DNA from: Deltaproteobacteria bacterium
GTDB taxonomy: Bacteria; Desulfobacterota; Binatia; Binatales; Binataceae
Direction of reading: 5' to 3'
Assembly (NCBI GenBank): GCA_021794015.1
Contig: JAJYRQ010000001.1
Span: 39,448-103,447, forward strand
DNA: 64,000 nt
The notes below the pieces were generated by a model. The model was given only the letters and a program-made list of their open reading frames with translations. It was not told where the DNA came from and searched no databases. Positions 10,735 to 19,123 of this stretch are shown in pieces. Numbering within the stretch: position 1 is the stretch's first letter; each line of letters opens with the position of its first letter. Both the position numbers and the translations under genes were made by a program.

Positions 10735-11547
10735 ATGGCATTTGACATGGACCCGAGCGCGGCCGCCGGCATTGTCGGGCTCGGGGTGCTCTATTGGATC
10801 GCGGCGCGGGTGTTGCGCCGCAGGCCGCGCCGGCGTCAGCTCTTCTTCTTTTGCCTGGCGCTCGTGGCGCTGGCGGTCGCGCAGGGTCCGCTCGACGAGT
10901 TGTCTGACCGGGGCTCGTTCTGGGGCCACATGGTGGAACACTCGTTTCAGTGCTGGGTGGTGCCGCCGCTGCTTTTGCTTGGCGTGCCGGACTGGATGCT
11001 GCGGCCGTGGGTTACTCGGCGATGGATTTTACCGTTGGCGCGGGCGCTGACCCACCCGGTGGCGGCGTTTCTGATTTTTACCGGGGTTTACGCCGGAGCG
11101 CACGTGCCGGTGGTCTTCAATCTGATGACCGACAACGACGCCTTTCACATCGCGATGCATCTTGCCTTTCTGATTTCCGGAACGCTTCTGTGGTGGCCGC
11201 TGATGAGTCAGATGCCCGAGCTGCCCCCGCTTCCCTACCCGCAGCAGGTGCTCTATTTGTTCCTGCTCATGATACCGATGACGGCAGTGGCAGCGCCGAT
11301 TACGCTTTCGACTTCCGTCGTCTATCCATGGTACGCACATCATCCGCACCCCTTCGGCCTTGCGCCGCTCGAGGACCAGGTGCTGGGCGGTATCGTGATG
11401 TGGGTGGCCGATAGCATCTACCTGATTTTCGTCTTCACCTGGATTTTTTACCGGTGGTCTTTGTCCGACACGGTGGAGGAGCCGCGCCTGGTCCGCCCGG
11501 CCGCGCCAGTACGGCTGGCGGCGGCAGAGCCGCGGCCCGGCGCTTAG
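10735..11547 (+). CDS. ctaG: Cytochrome c oxidase assembly factor CtaG (Caa3_CtaG family)
   Basis: 270-aa polytopic membrane protein with His-rich segments (HMVEHSFQCWVVPPLLLLGVP, HIAMHLAF). Resembles the Bacillus-type CtaG associated with caa3 operons. Confidence 0.6.
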   Translation: MAFDMDPSAAAGIVGLGVLYWIAARVLRRRPRRRQLFFFCLALVALAVAQGPLDELSDRGSFWGHMVEHSFQCWVVPPLLLLGVPDWMLRPWVTRRWILPLARALTHPVAAFLIFTGVYAGAHVPVVFNLMTDNDAFHIAMHLAFLISGTLLWWPLMSQMPELPPLPYPQQVLYLFLLMIPMTAVAAPITLSTSVVYPWYAHHPHPFGLAPLEDQVLGGIVMWVADSIYLIFVFTWIFYRWSLSDTVEEPRLVRPAAPVRLAAAEPRPGA

Positions 11548-11670
11548 GGTTGTTGCAGATTTGCGGCGACCGCGCGCCGGCCGAGCTCGCAGGTGCCAGC
11601 GCCGGCCCGGGATTAGCGCCGGGCGCGCGCCGGTCCGTGACGGGGCGCTGCTGTGAAGGAGGAAGGTCTT

Positions 11671-12147
11671 ATGGGTTTGACGCTGGTTTCGACCGCCTTT
11701 CGACACGGAGAAGAAATCCCGGCGCGTTTCACCTGCGACGGCGAAGACCTCTCGCCCCCGCTTGCATGGTCGGACCTGCCCGCAGGGGCCCAGAGCCTCG
11801 CGCTGGTGGTTGACGACCCGGACGCGCCCGACCCGGCCGCGCCGAAGATGGTCTGGGTCCACTGGGTGCTCTACAACATCGCCGCGTCAGCGACCGGTCT
11901 TCCCGAAGCCGTAAAGCCGGCCGCGCTGCCGGCAGGCACGCTGGAGGGACTCAACGACTGGAGGCGGACCGGCTACGGCGGCCCGTGTCCTCCGATCGGC
12001 CGTCATCGGTATTTCTTCAAGCTTTATGCGCTGGACACAGCGCTGCCGGACCTTGGCAAGCCCAACAAGGCGCGGCTTGAGACGGCACTCCACGGCCACG
12101 TGCTTGGCCAGGCAACACTCATGGGCACCTACCAGCGGCGCCGCTAG
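11671..12147 (+). CDS. YbhB/YbcL family Raf-kinase-inhibitor-like protein (PEBP family)
   Basis: Conserved PEBP motifs (DPDAPDP, GYGGPCPPIGRHRYFFKLYALD). Strong RBS GAAGGAGGAAGG upstream of the ATG at 11671. Confidence 0.75.
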   Translation: MGLTLVSTAFRHGEEIPARFTCDGEDLSPPLAWSDLPAGAQSLALVVDDPDAPDPAAPKMVWVHWVLYNIAASATGLPEAVKPAALPAGTLEGLNDWRRTGYGGPCPPIGRHRYFFKLYALDTALPDLGKPNKARLETALHGHVLGQATLMGTYQRRR

Positions 12148-12185
12148 CGGGGCGCGCGCTCGCCGGGTCAAGGCTGGCTTTATTC

Positions 12186-12833
12186 ATGGCCAGCCCCGCC
12201 ATGGCGAAGGATATGGGGACAGGCCGCAAAGCACGCGCAAGCGTGGCGCCCAGCTACTGCGACGTTGCCCGGGGGCATCCGATACACGGACCGTTCCACG
12301 ACCGTGAGCACGGCTTTCCGCTGACCGCCGACGCTGCGCTTTTCGAGCGGCTGGTCCTCGAAATCAACCAGGCCGGACTCTCCTGGCTTACCGTTTTACG
12401 CAAACGCGCGGCCCTTAAGAAAGCGTTTGCCGACTACGAGCTTGAGCGGGTGGCGCGGCTCGACGCCCGCGCCCGGCAGCGACTGCTCGGTTGCCCCGGT
12501 ATCGTGCGCCATCGGGGAAAGATCGATGCCGTCATAGAGAATGCGCACCGGCTGATCGGAATCAAAGAGCGCTACGGCGGCTTTGCCCGGTGGCTCGACG
12601 CCCACCATCCGCTCAGGCTGGGCGACTGGGTGAAACTCTTCGGCGAGGTCTTCGTTTTTACCGGCCCCAAGATCACCGAGGAGTTCCTGGTCGGCACCGG
12701 CTACCTTCCTGGAGCGCATCAGGCATGGTGCCCGGTCTATGAACTGGCGTTACGTGCCGCGCCGCCATGGAGCAGGACAGGCACAGCCGCGGGTCGCAAG
12801 GCGGGGGCGGCGCACCCGGCAAGGGCCGGATGA
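12186..12833 (+). CDS. tag: DNA-3-methyladenine glycosylase I (Tag)
   Basis: Tag-family motifs: an N-terminal Cys/His zinc site (SYCDVARGHPIHGPFHDREHGFP aligns with E. coli Tag RCGWVSQDPLYIAYHDNEWGVP), LTVLRKRAALKKAF, and a C-terminal HQAWCP. The start is uncertain (12186 or 12213). Confidence 0.7.
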   Translation: MASPAMAKDMGTGRKARASVAPSYCDVARGHPIHGPFHDREHGFPLTADAALFERLVLEINQAGLSWLTVLRKRAALKKAFADYELERVARLDARARQRLLGCPGIVRHRGKIDAVIENAHRLIGIKERYGGFARWLDAHHPLRLGDWVKLFGEVFVFTGPKITEEFLVGTGYLPGAHQAWCPVYELALRAAPPWSRTGTAAGRKAGAAHPARAG

Positions 12834-14134
12834 TGACGGCTGACCGTGAGGGACCGTCTTTGCCGGATCGGCCGGCGCGGCAGGGAGATGCGACGCTGGA
12901 CGCGCGTGGCCAGGCGCGCGCGCCGGCCGCTGCGGCGGCCGCAACCGATCCTCGCGGTGAGGACCGGCAGGGAAGCGTCTCAAGCTTCGCGCTTTACGTT
13001 CATATACCGTACTGCCTGGCTAAGTGCCCCTACTGCGATTTCAATTCCTATGCCGTGGCGCGCTGGCCCGAACAGCGCTATCTCGCAGCGCTGCTCGGCG
13101 AGATGGGGCGCCGGGCTGAAGAGCCGCCCTGGCGCGGCACGCCGGCAAAAACGCTCTTCTTCGGCGGGGGAACGCCGTCGTTGTTCGCGCCCGAGTCGAT
13201 CGAGGCGATCCTCGACCGCGCAGATTCGCTCTTCGGCATCGAGCCGGGCGCGGAAATAACACTCGAAGCCAATCCGGGCACCGTTGACCGCGCAAAGCTG
13301 GAGGGGCTAAGGCGAGCCGGAGTCAACCGTCTAAGCGTCGGCGCTCAGTCGTTTCGCCCGGCAACGCTCGAAACGTTGGGGCGAAACCACGACGCCGACC
13401 AGACGCGTCAGGCTGTCCGGCTTGCACGGCGGGCGGGTTTTGAACAGCTCAACCTCGACCTCATTTACGCCGTTCCCGGCCAGACCTCGGACGACGTCGT
13501 GCGAGACGTGCGCGAAGCGGTCGCTCTCGAGCCCGACCATGTATCGGCCTACTGCCTTACCTTTGAGCCGGGCACCCAGTTTCATTCTCTGATGAAGAGC
13601 GGAAGGCTTTTGCCGCCAAGCGCCGACCGGCAGGCCGACTTCTTGGGCGCCGTCAACCGGGAGCTGGCTTCATCCGCGTTCGAGAGGTACGAAATCTCCA
13701 ATTACGCGCGCCCGGGATGCCAGGCGCGGCACAATCTTGCTTATTGGCGTGCCGAACCTTATTTGGGCCTTGGTGCCGGCGCGCATAGCTTTGGGCCTGC
13801 AGGCGGAAGATGGCGCCGATGGTGGAATGAGCGCAGCCCCGAACGCTATTGCGAGGCGGTGCTCGGCGGCGCGGCGCGGCTTGCCGAGACCGGCGAAGAG
13901 TGGCCTGAGGGGCGCGGGCTTGCGGGCGAGTTCGTCTTTCTCAACCTGCGGCTGCAGCGGGGGTTTGCGCTCTTGGACTTCGAACGGCGCACAGGTTGCA
14001 GCTTCGGCGACCTCTTCAGCAGCGAGGCGGCGCGCCTGGTCGACGCCGGACTGCTCCGGATTGCCGAGGGCCGCGTCCGGCTTACCGAGCGGGGACTGGA
14101 GTTGGCCGACTCGGTCTTTGCCTGCTTCGTGTAA
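12830..14134 (+). CDS. hemW: Radical SAM heme chaperone HemW (HemN-like, oxygen-independent coproporphyrinogen-III oxidase family)
   Basis: CxxxCxxC radical-SAM motif (CLAKCPYCDF). HemW/HemN-like C-terminal domain. An N-terminal extension of about 50 aa makes the start uncertain. Confidence 0.7.
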   Translation: MMTADREGPSLPDRPARQGDATLDARGQARAPAAAAAATDPRGEDRQGSVSSFALYVHIPYCLAKCPYCDFNSYAVARWPEQRYLAALLGEMGRRAEEPPWRGTPAKTLFFGGGTPSLFAPESIEAILDRADSLFGIEPGAEITLEANPGTVDRAKLEGLRRAGVNRLSVGAQSFRPATLETLGRNHDADQTRQAVRLARRAGFEQLNLDLIYAVPGQTSDDVVRDVREAVALEPDHVSAYCLTFEPGTQFHSLMKSGRLLPPSADRQADFLGAVNRELASSAFERYEISNYARPGCQARHNLAYWRAEPYLGLGAGAHSFGPAGGRWRRWWNERSPERYCEAVLGGAARLAETGEEWPEGRGLAGEFVFLNLRLQRGFALLDFERRTGCSFGDLFSSEAARLVDAGLLRIAEGRVRLTERGLELADSVFACFV

Positions 14135-14242
14135 GACGATATTCCCGCAGTCGCAGTTTCCGCAGAGGCTCGGCACTCGATACTTCCAGCCCGATTAATC
14201 CGGCTCGGCAGTCCGGAGAGCGACTGCTTGAAGATTCAGACA

Positions 14243-14995
14243 TCAATTGCACCGATGGCGACAGTCGAGAAGCGACTCAATCGAGTCGTCCTCGAAGGTG
14301 AAAATCCCGTTCTTCCGATTCTGCCAGAAATACTTGCACCGCTTTGGGTCGGCTTGGTTCCATGCCTTCGCGATGAGCTGCGGCGTTGGATATTGACCGT
14401 TCTCGATTGTCGGGTCCGTCGCGGTCGCGAGAAGAGCGTCAAGAGACGACATCAACTCTTCCCCATCCACAGGCTCTGGCCACGGAATCTGGAGCATGGC
14501 ATCTCGATCGACAGCGGGCTTCTCACCCTTGGCGCAATTTAGCCCAGCCGGCGGTTGGCGGTCTTCAGCGACCGTTCGCTTCCAGCAGTCCAGCCAATCG
14601 GCAGGAATCTCCTGTCCGTTCGGATTCCTCAGCAATGCGACGCAGCCCCAGGACCCGCCCAGAGCGTGGCACGGTACAGCGCCGGGCGGCTGCTCGGCGC
14701 GCCATAGGCTCTGAGCTTCTCCAATCAATGCTTCCGGCGAACCTGCCGTATCGTGACATGATACAACGACTGCCTGTCCCCATTTGCCCTTGCGCGCGCA
14801 CGCCGTCGAGAAAACCATCGTGTACGTTAGGCAACGACTCGAAGATTTGCGTCTGTACCGGATTGACGCTCGCACGTGGCATTTTCGGTCCATGTCTAGC
14901 CGAGCAGTTCGCCATTCCACTCGGTGCTTGGCGCAGTCCCACAGCAACGAGCCAATGATTAGGATGCCGGCGCGCAATTGCATGGTCCGCTCCAA
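14243..14995 (-). CDS. Hypothetical protein with ChaC / gamma-glutamylcyclotransferase-like motifs
   Basis: 250-aa ORF in a lower-GC islet. N-terminal IIGSLLWD resembles the ChaC FGYGSLMWNP motif. SLWRAEQ resembles ChaC LLWKREM, which contains the catalytic Glu. The assignment is tentative. Confidence 0.4.
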   Translation of the reverse strand: MERTMQLRAGILIIGSLLWDCAKHRVEWRTARLDMDRKCHVRASIRYRRKSSSRCLTYTMVFSTACARKGKWGQAVVVSCHDTAGSPEALIGEAQSLWRAEQPPGAVPCHALGGSWGCVALLRNPNGQEIPADWLDCWKRTVAEDRQPPAGLNCAKGEKPAVDRDAMLQIPWPEPVDGEELMSSLDALLATATDPTIENGQYPTPQLIAKAWNQADPKRCKYFWQNRKNGIFTFEDDSIESLLDCRHRCN

Positions 14996-15071
14996 ACATG
15001 CACGTCCTTTCCCGCCCGAAGACCACTTTCAGATTGTAGACGTTCGCATCCGGGAGAAAGGCTATGCCTCG

Positions 15072-15944
15072 TCACGGACAATTGCGAGCCGGCCGGTAGC
15101 CGGCGTTCTCGGCGGCCTGCGGACTCGGGAAAGGCACACGACTGTCCGGGGAAATGGCGCCGTAATACGGGCAACCCGGCCATTCGAAAACGTGAGTTCG
15201 GCTGTTTCCGACCACCGGGCCGTTGGTCGGCTCGCTCGTGGTGCGGCATCCGTTGGCGTCGAGCAGGAGCGGTGATTTGGTACGGTGCCGCCAATCCTGT
15301 GGCTGCATGGGATGCGGATCGCTCCACAGTCCGATCTTGGCCTTCATGGCCGCGCATTCGGCCGCAGCGTATGCGGCGCGATCTGCCGGACTCTGCTCGT
15401 CCTCGTACTGCTTGTAGTGCCACGCCATTCCCGCCTTCACCTGGTCCAGGCATGCGTCCTCGCCATCAGGGAGGAGGATCTTGCAGATGCGGCGCCCGTA
15501 GGACATCTCGTTTTCACAATCCAGGGTGACGGTCTTTCCGGCGACCAGTCTTGCGAGATGCTTCGTCGATTGCGCTCCGAAAGGTTGATCGTGCTCGGGA
15601 GCGTCGATTCCGGCCAGTCGGATATCCAGCCGAGCGCCGTTAGTCGCCGCCACCGAAATCGTGTCGCCGTCGGTGATGCTCACGACCCTTGCCGAGAACC
15701 TGTTCGGCGGGCCCGGCCCTACGAGACTGCCAGTGAGAGGATTGGTAGTCGCATTTTCGGCCCGTCTGCTTGGAGACGGTGCGATGAGATGGACAAGCAA
15801 TCCGCCCAGAATCGCACCTGCCGTCAAGAAGCAGACAGCGAGGACTATCATCGCGCGGTAGGCTTGAGGCGAGCGTTGCCAGCGCAGCCGGATATAAAGC
15901 GCGCCGGCGGCGATCAACGCAGTGGCAATCACTACATAGGTCAC
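15072..15944 (-). CDS. Membrane-anchored thermonuclease (SNase/staphylococcal nuclease family) with a C-terminal Cys-containing motif
   Basis: N-terminal TM helix. SNase signature (VVSITDGDTISV...RLAGIDAPE...QPFG). C-terminal HVFEWPGCPYYG...AGYRP...C tail. Lies in the lower-GC islet. Confidence 0.7.
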   Translation of the reverse strand: MTYVVIATALIAAGALYIRLRWQRSPQAYRAMIVLAVCFLTAGAILGGLLVHLIAPSPSRRAENATTNPLTGSLVGPGPPNRFSARVVSITDGDTISVAATNGARLDIRLAGIDAPEHDQPFGAQSTKHLARLVAGKTVTLDCENEMSYGRRICKILLPDGEDACLDQVKAGMAWHYKQYEDEQSPADRAAYAAAECAAMKAKIGLWSDPHPMQPQDWRHRTKSPLLLDANGCRTTSEPTNGPVVGNSRTHVFEWPGCPYYGAISPDSRVPFPSPQAAENAGYRPARNCP

Positions 15945-16750
15945 GAAGCTCAGCTCCGGATTCGCCCAAACATAGTAAGGTGTGCCAGCAAGCGATTTTC
16001 GTGCCGGATGGCCGCACTGATGTCGCGTGTCGTTCCGACTCGATACGATGGTGGCCGACTCTTATAAGCCGGAATTAGCGTTTTGACCCCTCCCCGTCAG
16101 CAGAATCATGCGGCAAATGTGCGCGCTAACGCAACTTTGTGGGGCGTCTGCCGCTGCACGCGCTTGGGTCTGCCGGCAAAGCGCTCGGTCCTATCGCTTT
16201 GCCGGCCTGAAACTGCGGTCTGGGCCACCTGGGGCGGTTTTCCACAGGCACCTCTGCGTCGGCAATCGGCGCGGCGCCTCTTTTGTTGTCATTCCCGCGC
16301 GCGTGTCGGGCGCGCGCGAGGAATCCCGAATCCGGGCTACGCCTGGGTCTGGCGTAGAGCCACAACGTTGCCGCAGCAGGCCGGCCAAGCTGTGTCCCTG
16401 CGCAGCTACGACGCTCACATCATGAATAGCCTCTGCCACACGCTCTGCAGCGGAGCAACCAACGACCTGGAACGCCGGGCTCGCCGGCAGAAACTCGGCG
16501 CCACAGGATCATTCACGGCGCGTTACAACGTCGAGCGCCTGTTCTCCGCCGAGCAGCGCCACGATGTCGGCGCAGCGATCGCCCGCGCGAGTGCGGACAA
16601 GCGGCTGAGCCGTACGGGCAAGCTCGCACTTATCGAATGGGCAAATCCTCAGTGGAACGACTTGGGCGGCGAATAGGACGAAGTTGCGGCAAGACCACAG
16701 CCGGGCAAAGCGCGAAGAGTGTTTGCAAAACCGGGAATCCTCGCACGGCA

Positions 16751-16843
16751 GGCCATTGCATGGCGGCAGGGACACGCGCCGCGCATCTTCGCATTGCGCT
16801 CCCGCTGGTCGGGCAAGCTGCCGTGCGGTCAGCACCGCGCGCG
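16751..16843 (+). repeat. Dispersed intergenic repeat, copy R1 (approx. 93 nt)
   Basis: 93/93 nt gap-free alignment with 60601-60693 at about 93% identity. Shares the internal hairpin GCCA-ttgca-TGGC, a duplicated CATTGC, and the TTGCGCTCCCGYTGGTCGGGC core with the tandem array at 23698-23895. Confidence 0.8.
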
Positions 16844-16930
16844 TGAATGACAAACAGGCCCGGGGCCGGGCAGAACCCGTGTAAGTATATTGTGCGGGAC
16901 TTAATAATGGAGCCGTTCCTCGGCAGACCG

Positions 16931-18670
16931 CTAGCGCCGGTTCTTGTGTGGCGGCTGCGGCGACAGGCCCTGGCAGGCCCGGCGAAGCATCGCGGCCACC
17001 GCTTCGGCGCCGCGCAGGCGGATGAAGGCGCCAAGGCGCGGCCCGCGCTCCTGTCCCATCAGGACAGCGTACAGGAAGGTGAAAATCCTGCCCGGCCGGT
17101 CGTAAAAGCGCCGCCCGATCTCGTAGATGCGATGCTCGATCGCTTCCCCGCCAGCATCGGGGTTCTGCTCCAGAAACTCAGCCAGAGCGCTGAGTTGCTC
17201 CTGTTCCTCGGCCGTTTGTGGAAGCCGGAACTGCGCCGTGGGACGGATAAAATCGTTGTAGAAGTTGATCGCGCACTGCGTAAGCGTGCGGGCCAGCGCC
17301 TCCGTGTCAGGATCGGCCGCCACCTGCGGATCGTAGCGAGTCAGGTACTGCCAGATGAGCGCGGGATCGTCGCTGGCCAGGCTCGGCACCAAGTGCGTGA
17401 TGAGGCTATAGGTGAGCCCCGAGGCGAAGCGGCGCGGGCTTTTCGATTGCCAGACAAAGTCGCGCATCTCCATCGTCTCGAGCCGCAGGGCCGCGCGCTC
17501 GGGCCGCTCCGGATTCTCGGGCGTGCCGTTGTCAGGGGCCGCGTCGGCGCGGTCCGCGGTGGCACCGGCGCCCTCTGGCGCCGGCGCGCTCCAGGCGCGC
17601 AACGCCTCGAGGTACTCGTCCACGTACTGCGGGATCGCTTCCAGAAAGAGCTTGCGCGCCCGGCGCGGATTCAGGATTAGAAAGTACCTGAGCACATCGA
17701 TCGGCGCGTACCTGAGCCACTGCTCGGCGCCCACACCCCGTCCCACAGACTTGGATACCTTGCGCCCCTGCTCATCGAGGTAAAGCTCGAAGGGGAAACC
17801 CAGAGGGGGCGCACCGCCGAGCAGCCGCACGATCTGGCCTGAAAGACGGGCGGAGTCGATAAGGTCCTTGCCGTAAAGCTCATAGTCTACCCCCAGTACG
17901 TACCAGCGAACCGCCCAGTCGACTTTCCACTGAAGCTTGGCTCGACCGCCGAGCACGCTTTGTGTGCCGCCAAAGCCGCAGCCGGCGCTTGCCCCGAACT
18001 GCCGCGAACAGGTGAAAGCCACGCTCTCCCGCTCAACGAAATAGCCCGTCACGACGGTAGAGTTAACCAGCCCGCAGGACGGGCAAACCGGCATGAACGG
18101 CGACCATCCCGCCCGGTTTTCGGCGCGCAAGGTGGGTGCCACCAGCGCGGTTACCTCCTGGTGACGCTCAAGGACCAGCCGCAGACCGGAATCGAAGCGA
18201 CCGGTGCCGTACATCTCGCTCGCCCTGAGCAGCTCGTAGTCAACCTCGACCGGCGCAAAAAGGGCGCGCAGCCGGCCGACCATGTGTTCGGCGAAGCTCG
18301 GGCAGCATCCGAACGGATCAAAAATCCGCGACACCGGCGCGCCCAGCAAGGGCGCAAGTCGCTCGGGCTGCGGGATGTTTTCGGGCACCTTGCGCAGCCC
18401 GTCCATGTCGTCGATGAAAACGATAAGCCGGCTTGCACGCCGCGGGTCGAGCCGGGCCAGCGCCTGGCGGACAAACGACGGTCTTAGCACCTCGCCCATC
18501 GTTCCCAGATGCGGAAACCCGGAGGGGCCAAAGCCGCTTTCGAACACGGCCGGGCGCTCCTTGGCATGCCCGGCAAGCCGAGCCAGGAGCCGGCGGGCCT
18601 CGACGTAGGGCCAAAAGCCCGAGTCACAGCCGCTCTGGCTTGCCCCGTCGCCCATCGCCTTAGCCGTCAT
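16931..18670 (-). CDS. lysK: Class I lysyl-tRNA synthetase (LysK type)
   Basis: 579 aa. HIGH-like motif GFGPSGFPHLG. KMSKS-like motif KVSKS. This is the class-I LysRS architecture, not the class-II lysS. Confidence 0.75.
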   Translation of the reverse strand: MTAKAMGDGASQSGCDSGFWPYVEARRLLARLAGHAKERPAVFESGFGPSGFPHLGTMGEVLRPSFVRQALARLDPRRASRLIVFIDDMDGLRKVPENIPQPERLAPLLGAPVSRIFDPFGCCPSFAEHMVGRLRALFAPVEVDYELLRASEMYGTGRFDSGLRLVLERHQEVTALVAPTLRAENRAGWSPFMPVCPSCGLVNSTVVTGYFVERESVAFTCSRQFGASAGCGFGGTQSVLGGRAKLQWKVDWAVRWYVLGVDYELYGKDLIDSARLSGQIVRLLGGAPPLGFPFELYLDEQGRKVSKSVGRGVGAEQWLRYAPIDVLRYFLILNPRRARKLFLEAIPQYVDEYLEALRAWSAPAPEGAGATADRADAAPDNGTPENPERPERAALRLETMEMRDFVWQSKSPRRFASGLTYSLITHLVPSLASDDPALIWQYLTRYDPQVAADPDTEALARTLTQCAINFYNDFIRPTAQFRLPQTAEEQEQLSALAEFLEQNPDAGGEAIEHRIYEIGRRFYDRPGRIFTFLYAVLMGQERGPRLGAFIRLRGAEAVAAMLRRACQGLSPQPPHKNRR

Positions 18671-18914
18671 CCTCTCCCCTTAGCACGCGCGCGACCGCCT
18701 CGTGGACCCAGGGATCGATCTGCAGTTGGCGCATCCTTTCCGAGGCGAGTCTAAGCTTGACGCCGCAGTTCGAGCAGACGTAAGCCGTCTGAGAGAAGCC
18801 GGCCGGGTCCTCTACTCTTAGACGCAGTAACCATTCTTTAACCGGTCTTCGACAAAGCTCGCAATTCAGCGGCTTGACTGGGTCTTGCTCAGAGCGGTGC
18901 GATTGTTCCACCAT
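18660..18914 (-). CDS. Small zinc-ribbon protein (CxxC...CxxC) upstream of lysK
   Basis: 84 aa with CELCRR...CSNCG. Overlaps the lysK start by about 11 nt, so it is probably co-transcribed. Confidence 0.45.
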   Translation of the reverse strand: MVEQSHRSEQDPVKPLNCELCRRPVKEWLLRLRVEDPAGFSQTAYVCSNCGVKLRLASERMRQLQIDPWVHEAVARVLRGEDDG

Positions 18915-19123
18915 AGCATTGATACCGCCCCAAGCAGCGTGTTAAAGACGGACCGTGACGTAGTCCGGGCGGCCTCGATGACCTTTGCCGCGCGGCAGAA
19001 CTCCGGGTGGCGGCAAGCCGCCGGCGCGCCCGGCAAGCCTGGGAGTTCGGGCTGCCGGGGGCCGCAGCCCGGATTGCGCGGTGCAGCCTCTGAACCTTCG
19101 CTTGGGGCCTTCTCGATAACGCC

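Noticed and set aside
16847-17680. 277-aa plus-strand ORF beginning at the ATG of the AT-rich module and running antisense through lysK
   Set aside because: The translation is R-rich junk beyond the first few codons. It is retained only as a possible antisense-transcript hint in the findings.
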